From positions 36,080 to 100,079 of IMG/VR virus record IMGVR_UViG_3300045988_076504: DNA of 64,000 nucleotides. One strand, given 5' to 3'. Under the pieces are notes generated by a model. That model did not search any database. It worked only from the letters and a program-made list of their open reading frames with translations, and was not told the DNA's origin. The position numbers and the translations under genes are program-made. The stretch is from a virus. This document shows, piece by piece, positions 58,606 to 64,000 of this stretch; within the stretch, counting starts at the first letter, position 1; the number at the start of each line of letters is the position of its first letter.

Positions 58606-58977
58606 TCAAGACGAGTCAAAAATAAATGGAACTAATCCATCACCATAAAGAGGTGAGAAATTTTGTTCACCACTAAGAGTTGTAGATTCGGTGGTACAAT
58701 AATGTACAACCGGTGTTTCACAAGTAGGAACTACTTCTTCGGTGTTACTAGGTAACAGGAATTGAGCAGTGGGCATACTGCTGTTAAGTGTCAGATCCTG
58801 TGAAACACATTCTACGTTACTCTCCTTATTGTTTCCAATATTGGCTGCAATTGTACCGCCAATAAACCCGCTCATCATTGAGATAAGCAGAATCCAGAAT
58901 AATTTGTTACTCTTGTTGTATCGAGCAAGCAAGAATATAACAACTATTCCTACGAAGAATGTTAGAAGATTTAACAT
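58606..58977 (-). CDS. Two-TM membrane protein (123 aa) translationally coupled to the sigma factor gene
   Basis: Its start overlaps the sigma gene 3' end by 7 nt. TM segments are LLTFFVGIVVIFLL and WILLISMMSGFIGGTIAA. Confidence 0.55.
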   Translation of the reverse strand: MLNLLTFFVGIVVIFLLARYNKSNKLFWILLISMMSGFIGGTIAANIGNNKESNVECVSQDLTLNSSMPTAQFLLPSNTEEVVPTCETPVVHYCTTESTTLSGEQNFSPLYGDGLVPFIFDSS

Positions 58978-59531
58978 AGTTTCAGTTGTTTTTTTAGGTT
59001 ATTGCGAACTCTGTGTAGACATGACTTTATAGTTCCCACTGGCACATTTATCGCTTTACTTATTTGAGATACTGTCATACCATTTTCATAGTATAGTTTG
59101 ACAATTCTTTTGCTATGTTCTGGTAACTGATCGAATATTTCGACCATATTATCGTATGTCAGAGTAGTATTTTCATCTACAGTACTGGTAACATCTGATA
59201 ATTGTATACCTGATTCCTTGTCATCTATTGATATTGCTTTGTTTTTCAACGACCGCAAATAATCAATGGCAGTATTTTTTGTCATTATTCTCAACCATCC
59301 TCCGAATGAAGAATAGTCTGTGAATTTCGAGAGTTTTTGATATATTTTCAAGAATACAATGTTCGACAAGTCTTTAGCCTCATCATAATCATTTATATAC
59401 TGATATAAAAGATTTATTACAAAATCTTTATATTTATAATATATCAAATTGAATGCCGATTCTTTACCGGCTTTGGCATCTTTGATTATCCCAATTTCTT
59501 CTGGAGTAATTTTGGGTGTTTTCATAATCAA
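58971..59531 (-). CDS. ECF-type sigma-70 family sigma factor (186 aa)
   Basis: Region 2 reads AFNLIYYKYKDFVINLLYQY..DEAKDLSNIVFLKIYQKL...FGGWLRIMTKNTAIDYLR. Region 4 reads LPEHSKRIVKLYYENGMTVSQISKAINVPVGTIKSCLHRVRNNLKK. Confidence 0.75.
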   Translation of the reverse strand: MIMKTPKITPEEIGIIKDAKAGKESAFNLIYYKYKDFVINLLYQYINDYDEAKDLSNIVFLKIYQKLSKFTDYSSFGGWLRIMTKNTAIDYLRSLKNKAISIDDKESGIQLSDVTSTVDENTTLTYDNMVEIFDQLPEHSKRIVKLYYENGMTVSQISKAINVPVGTIKSCLHRVRNNLKKQLKLC

Positions 59532-59536
59532 ACAAT

Positions 59537-59932
59537 TTAAAAAGGTAACTCACTTAAGACGATATCTGACAATTCTTTGTTGATATTATCTTTTAGATTT
59601 GTAAATATTTGCACATTCTCAATGTCTGTCAAGTTGTCTACTTTATTCAACATACTTGCAGCTATACGCAATTTTACGCGAGTTGTAGATTCAGAATCTA
59701 GACCAAGATTGAGTATAATATTTCTATTTACCCAGTTTAACCATTCTTTGAGAGATTTATTTGACAAACATCGTTGTCTACTAAACGGAAAAATGCAGAC
59801 AGAGCTGTCGTAGATAAAATATCTATACGCCCATGCTACTTTACGTACCGTATTATATTTCTCTCTTAATGTGTCTTGGTCTAGATAACGTATGAAAGGA
59901 CCATCAAACAACATAATTCGAATCGTGATCAA
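59537..59932 (-). CDS. Hypothetical protein (131 aa)
   Basis: Intact track ORF, tightly packed with its neighbours. Confidence 0.5.
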   Translation of the reverse strand: MITIRIMLFDGPFIRYLDQDTLREKYNTVRKVAWAYRYFIYDSSVCIFPFSRQRCLSNKSLKEWLNWVNRNIILNLGLDSESTTRVKLRIAASMLNKVDNLTDIENVQIFTNLKDNINKELSDIVLSELPF

Positions 59933-60353
59933 ATTTGTTTAACAAGTTTATAACTTGCTCCATTGATGTCTTATATTCGTACATAAGAGCACGAATAATT
60001 TTCGATGATGATACTCCACTTTGTACCATACGGTAATACGTATTACGAAGCATCAAGCGTTCGTCGGTACTAAGATCCAAGTTACCATCTGCTTTGAATG
60101 ATGTTTTAGGAAACACACTTACGTTTATATCTTTCAACATAGTAAATTTCCACTTGTCGCTGAACAATAAAATACTGTTTATTACTTCTTTCGAAGCTTC
60201 TTTTATTGTGTTTCCACATATCAACGAAGTTATGTTGATACATTTACCCAACTCAAGTGTTGGATACATACCTGTAATCTTTATTAAGACTACATCATAA
60301 TCACGTTGAGCTATATATAGCCCAGGTGTTTCTGGAAAACCTTTGTTAATCAT
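59904..60353 (-). CDS. Hypothetical protein (149 aa)
   Basis: Intact track ORF that overlaps its neighbours. Confidence 0.5.
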   Translation of the reverse strand: MINKGFPETPGLYIAQRDYDVVLIKITGMYPTLELGKCINITSLICGNTIKEASKEVINSILLFSDKWKFTMLKDINVSVFPKTSFKADGNLDLSTDERLMLRNTYYRMVQSGVSSSKIIRALMYEYKTSMEQVINLLNKFDHDSNYVV

Positions 60354-60763
60354 AATAGATTGATATTTTTTATTAGAAATTTATATAATTTAGTATCGAT
60401 GTTCCATCGCTCCTTAAATTTCTTTTCAGATAACCGTTTAAGATCATCTGAAAAATATAAACTATATCGTGCAAACCATTTAACCCATGTATTTATGGAT
60501 TCCCAGTATTCGTATTCTTCTGGGTTGTTTGCTCTAAAACAATTATCGTTTGATATAGTACTCATAAATGACAATTGTATGCCGTCTTTGTTTTTTCTAC
60601 CAGCTATTACTTTGCAGGTTTCTGATTTGAGGCGATTGTCAATATTACGAATATGTATATCATATACAAGGTCTAACCATCTTGTTTTTGCGCTACACCA
60701 TAATAGTGCTAAATTCCATGTCGGTATTAACCGATCTTTTATCATTCCTTTATATCCTTTCAT
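60350..60763 (-). CDS. Hypothetical protein (137 aa)
   Basis: Intact track ORF with an ATGA junction downstream. Confidence 0.5.
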   Translation of the reverse strand: MKGYKGMIKDRLIPTWNLALLWCSAKTRWLDLVYDIHIRNIDNRLKSETCKVIAGRKNKDGIQLSFMSTISNDNCFRANNPEEYEYWESINTWVKWFARYSLYFSDDLKRLSEKKFKERWNIDTKLYKFLIKNINLL

Positions 60764-60778
60764 AATAAAAGTTTTAGA

Positions 60779-60826
60779 AGAGAAGAGGAGATTCGAACTC
60801 CTACAACTCCTAATTAGTACTTCTCT
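60779..60826 (-). ncRNA. Acceptor/T-arm minihelix (48 nt)
   Basis: AGAGAAG-[17 nt]-AGGAG-TTCGAAT-CTCCT-CTTCTCT. It has a canonical T-loop and a 7-bp closing stem. Confidence 0.35.
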
Positions 60827-60839
60827 AACATCCTATTCT

Positions 60840-61090
60840 TCCAACTGACTCAAGGAATTGTCAGGACTCATACTTACGCTACGTGAGTATAGTCAACAAT
60901 GTTATTGTTCTGATTTATCGAATTCTGAAATCTCGTATTTACTTCCTCTATCTGTCAAAACCAAACACGCCCTAATGAACAGTTTTACAACATGTTCAGG
61001 TTGTCCATCAATCGGGTGGTCACCAGAAAGTTGGCTGAAGACCGTGGACGTGGAGGGATTCGAACCCTCGTCCAAATAGATTAACTCATA
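60840..61090 (-). ncRNA. Candidate circularly permuted (two-piece) tmRNA-like element
   Basis: Upstream piece: CTATTT-GGAC-GAGGG-TTCGAAT-CCCTC-CACGTCC-A (61079-61045). After a 72-nt spacer comes GGGCGTG-TTTGGTTTTGAC-AGATAG (60972-60948). The acceptor pairing is 7 bp with G3.U70 and discriminator A73. There is no D-stem. AGATAG/CTATTT is a P2-like helix. Confidence 0.35.
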
Positions 61091-61569
61091 CTCAAACGAT
61101 TTCATTTTGTACTATGATGAATTGATCAGACCCATCATAGTTGTGTACATGTTAAATACTACAATCGTACATCAATTGGAATCATAAGATCAGCTGCTCT
61201 TAATCTCTCCGTATGACGTACAATTATAGTATTATATTAGTACATAAATATCTTAGTTGCAATAATGTCATGGTTCCAAGACTCTTAGACGTTGCAAACG
61301 TTAACACTTTGACAGTACATTTGGATGCTTTTAGTTCAACCGAACCTACTCACATACGACTCGATGGTTCACAAATGTTAATTGTTGATCTAGTGACCAT
61401 AGTTTATTCTCCCTGGTTGAGAGTTCTTTTCCCGCTGGCTCTAGGCTCTTTAAGCGTCAATGTCAATTCATCAATATTTCACCCATACTTTAACCGCATC
61501 GCGCCTTACAAAAGTCCAATGGGTATATAAAGTGACTGATTCGAGATTCTGCACTTTGGAAATAGTGGT

Positions 61570-62088
61570 TTACCAACGGCTACTGTAGATCTTGCGATCC
61601 CAAGCGTTCTCATAACACCAGTAGTCTGGGAAGCGTCCTTGCAATTCAGAAGTCTCCTCTTGAAATACCTTACGAGCTTTCTCACGCTCGTCATTTGCAG
61701 CTTTGATGATCTCCTCCTTCTTCTTCTCATATTCAGTTGGAGTGAGAGTGCCGGCAACAAACTTACCCTTGTCGTCCTTCTTGCCTACAAGTCCTTGTAG
61801 CAATTCTAACGTGTCGTCAGCAAGCTTCTTATCGATTTTTGCCAAGCGACGTTGGTTGCGCAAGCGGATCACAGTCTTCAAGTTGTTGTATTCAGCTTCC
61901 TTGATTGCATTCTTAGCAATACGAATCTGATTCTCCTCCTTGGACTTGGCTATCTCTTCGAGAGCCTTCTCGTTAACTGACTGAGAAATCAAATTTCCCT
62001 TCTTCAAGTTCTCGAATGATGTGTCAAGAGTTGTGTCCTGTGACTGTGCGTTGTTCTCCGGTGCTGTTGTTTTTTCGTTCTTTGCCAT
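61570..62088 (-). CDS. Hypothetical coiled-coil protein (172 aa)
   Basis: Intact ORF with the conserved leader GTTAATTAACAATTTAAATCATTATCAAA-ATG. Confidence 0.6.
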   Translation of the reverse strand: MAKNEKTTAPENNAQSQDTTLDTSFENLKKGNLISQSVNEKALEEIAKSKEENQIRIAKNAIKEAEYNNLKTVIRLRNQRRLAKIDKKLADDTLELLQGLVGKKDDKGKFVAGTLTPTEYEKKKEEIIKAANDEREKARKVFQEETSELQGRFPDYWCYENAWDRKIYSSRW

Positions 62089-62120
62089 TTTGATAATGAT
62101 TTAAATTGTTAATTAACTTC
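62089..62120 (-). promoter_or_regulatory. Conserved early-gene leader/promoter motif
   Basis: Minus strand: GTTAATTAACAATTTAAATCATTATCAAA directly abuts the ATG. Near-identical copies occur at 63431-63470, and variants at 58535-58580, 56745-56770, 56918-56950, 52785-52830 and 47618-47650. Confidence 0.55.
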
Positions 62121-62142
62121 CTAACCTAGTTGTATGATCGGG

Positions 62143-62364
62143 TTAGTAACGATCGTCTTTTATGGGATTTGAGCAAACCCAACCTCCCAATATTTTTTGT
62201 GTTACAGGTCGATTTTCGCCAAACGATTGACAATATCGACCTTTTGGTATGCTCATTAGAGCTTTTCTTGCAGCAGTTGCTTCTGTCTCTAATGGATACC
62301 AACAAGAGGTGTATAAACGCTTCTTGTTTTCTTTTACTCTTTCGTATACGTCGATTCTGTACAT
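62143..62364 (-). CDS. Hypothetical small protein (73 aa)
   Basis: Intact track ORF. Confidence 0.45.
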   Translation of the reverse strand: MYRIDVYERVKENKKRLYTSCWYPLETEATAARKALMSIPKGRYCQSFGENRPVTQKILGGWVCSNPIKDDRY

Positions 62365-62462
62365 TAGTAGTTTATATACTCTTCTTCGTCATCGTCGATG
62401 TCGTCGAAGATGTGTTGTTTACTCTGACGCTTATAAGGTTTAACCTTAGCGCGTCGTTCCAT
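62364..62462 (-). CDS. Possible 32-aa peptide with a basic N-terminus and acidic C-terminus
   Basis: MERRAKVKPYKRQSKQHIFDDIDDDEEEYINY, with a TAATG overlap with the next gene. It is below the track cutoff. Confidence 0.3.
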   Translation of the reverse strand: MERRAKVKPYKRQSKQHIFDDIDDDEEEYINY

Positions 62463-62490
62463 TCTCTCAAAAGGATCGTGATTTATACGA

Positions 62491-62985
62491 TCATTCCTTG
62501 ATTTCGCCATTTTCGTCAAATATTCTGTTACAGATTTCTCTAAGTGCTTTGTCTATTTCTTTCGTATAGGAGTATCTGTCACATACTCTTTCAGAGCGAG
62601 GTCCCCCAACTCTTAATACATTAAGAGCTTTTATGAGAGCTTTATCTCGTTCTGTAAGACCTAAGGTTCTCTTTCGGTCTAATATACGCATAAGTTTTGT
62701 AGACAAGTTTACTACAAATGCTGTTACTGTCGTATTAATACCAACATCGTTAGCTAATACTTTTATAGCATTATCGCACGTCTTGCACTTTTCTGTAGTG
62801 TCTTCTTTAGATACATAATAATTTTTGACAATTACTTTCGTAATATCGTCTGCACTTAGAGCGAAAATTGATATTTTTTCAATATCAGTTTCGCACCATG
62901 TAGAAATCTCTTTAGAAATTCTTTCGATAATGTTGTTGGGGACTTCGTTCCCATTAAACAACACAACCAATGCTCTATTCTCCAT
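62491..62985 (-). CDS. Hypothetical protein (164 aa)
   Basis: Intact track ORF that overlaps the upstream gene by 11 nt. Confidence 0.55.
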   Translation of the reverse strand: MENRALVVLFNGNEVPNNIIERISKEISTWCETDIEKISIFALSADDITKVIVKNYYVSKEDTTEKCKTCDNAIKVLANDVGINTTVTAFVVNLSTKLMRILDRKRTLGLTERDKALIKALNVLRVGGPRSERVCDRYSYTKEIDKALREICNRIFDENGEIKE

Positions 62986-63430
62986 CTTGTACCCCCGTTG
63001 TATCTGGTTTGTATGTGTTAATATCGGTTTTTAGTTCACCGTTACTGTCTAGCAGATACTTGTATACAGAATCGTAATTCTCGTTATATTCTTTAGCAAC
63101 TAGGTGTTTCGTAATAATACCGTATTTGCTATATACAACGTCCGTTATACGATTAAGTATATTTATCGGCACATGTTGGATTACAGAATCCGCTTTTGCC
63201 GACTGTTGCTCTGTCACAACAACAGCCATAAAAGACTCTTTGTTCTTAAATTCTTTCTGGTCGATTCTGTCCAAGCATGCTTGAACATACTCAACGTCTT
63301 CGGACGTAATAGATGTCGCTATTTCATCCGCATCCGGTTGTGGACCAGATTTGTGTTTACATGATGTGATTGTGAACACTGCTAGTGCTGTTATGAGCAA
63401 CACTATTAAAATACTAAATTTTCTTTTCAT
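62975..63430 (-). CDS. Lipoprotein (151 aa)
   Basis: Signal peptide MKRKFSILIVLLITALAVFTITSC with a lipobox Cys. The conserved leader lies upstream. Confidence 0.65.
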   Translation of the reverse strand: MKRKFSILIVLLITALAVFTITSCKHKSGPQPDADEIATSITSEDVEYVQACLDRIDQKEFKNKESFMAVVVTEQQSAKADSVIQHVPINILNRITDVVYSKYGIITKHLVAKEYNENYDSVYKYLLDSNGELKTDINTYKPDTTGVQDGE

Positions 63431-63470
63431 TTTGATAATGATTTAAAATTTTAAAAATGTTAATTAACTC
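63431..63470 (-). promoter_or_regulatory. Conserved early-gene leader/promoter motif (second full copy)
   Basis: Minus strand: GTTAATTAACATTTTTAAAATTTTAAATCATTATCAAA-ATG. Confidence 0.55.
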
Positions 63471-63547
63471 TATGTATAGCCATCAACTTTCGTTTTGGAC
63501 TTTGGACCAACACGGAAAGAATACCGTGGTAGTTTTACTATACAACA

Positions 63548-63581
63548 GGGGTATAGTTTGATACTATACCCCTTTTGTTTT
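63548..63581 (+). terminator. Strong hairpin whose U-run lies on the plus strand, inside the minus-strand block
   Basis: ggggtatagt(63548-57)/actatacccc(63563-72) with loop ttgat, followed by ttttgtttt on the plus strand. On the minus strand it starts just after the TAA of gene 63580..63993 but has no U-run. Confidence 0.5.
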
Positions 63582-63993
63582 AAAGATATTGATACTCTGG
63601 AATGTCGCCGTCAAGAAGATAATGTGTGTTAATTCTTAGTTCCAACACCTTGAGATAATTTATCATGTAGCAGTATTGAACGAAAGCGAGTACTGTCTGA
63701 TGTATACTTACCTTTTCCATTACTTTGTATAAACAATACGGCAATTCGTCTTCGCCCAGTTTCAGAAACACTTCAAGCTTTTTTATACGCGCTTTCAGTT
63801 CTATACGTTCTATCTTGAGTTTGTCAAGGACGGTTTCTGATGGTCTGTATGTTTCTTCAAACACACTCTTTGGAAACCAGGACTTATATCCGTCCTTGTA
63901 CTTTACTAAGTAGCCATCTTCTTTAGCGGCTGCCGGTTTTAGTTCTCTACCAAGCACTTTCTGTGCTTCTGTCATAGTCATAGGCTCTGCCAT
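63580..63993 (-). CDS. Hypothetical protein (137 aa)
   Basis: Intact track ORF. The start at 63993 is close to the window edge. Confidence 0.5.
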   Translation of the reverse strand: MAEPMTMTEAQKVLGRELKPAAAKEDGYLVKYKDGYKSWFPKSVFEETYRPSETVLDKLKIERIELKARIKKLEVFLKLGEDELPYCLYKVMEKVSIHQTVLAFVQYCYMINYLKVLELRINTHYLLDGDIPEYQYL

Positions 63994-64000
63994 AATGACC

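Overview
This 64-kb window looks like part of a crAss-like (Crassvirales-type) phage genome. All calls were made by eye, without tools. Two convergent gene blocks meet at a shared hairpin terminator at about 42182-42212.

(1) Plus strand, 1-42136, is the late/virion block. It holds tail-fibre proteins, a GH24 endolysin-holin-spanin cassette, a 1,734-aa tail protein and ejected/cargo-type proteins. It also holds a 5,364-aa virion-RNAP polyprotein, which is split by a group I intron carrying a LAGLIDADG homing endonuclease, and a 2,246-aa polyvalent effector protein. In this block TAG is a sense codon, most likely Gln. I counted roughly 135 in-frame TAGs, and every real stop is TAA or TGA. The fragmented ORFs in the supplied track merge into about 20 long genes.

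(2) Minus strand, 42192-64000, is the early/replication block and uses the standard code. It encodes a PD-(D/E)XK nuclease, TOPRIM primase, SSB, P-loop ATPase, DnaB-like helicase, family B DNA polymerase, an ECF-type sigma factor and many unknowns. Two of its genes end in TAG.

The early block also contains unusually long ORF-free, hairpin-dense stretches: 54291-56291 (2 kb), 60764-61569 and 45396-45749. There is one canonical tRNA-Leu(UAA) and several non-canonical elements with a tRNA-type T-arm. One of these resembles a circularly permuted tmRNA tRNA-like domain. No tRNA with a CUA anticodon was found in the window.

Domain calls rest on motif recognition only, and the RNA folds are hand-derived hypotheses.
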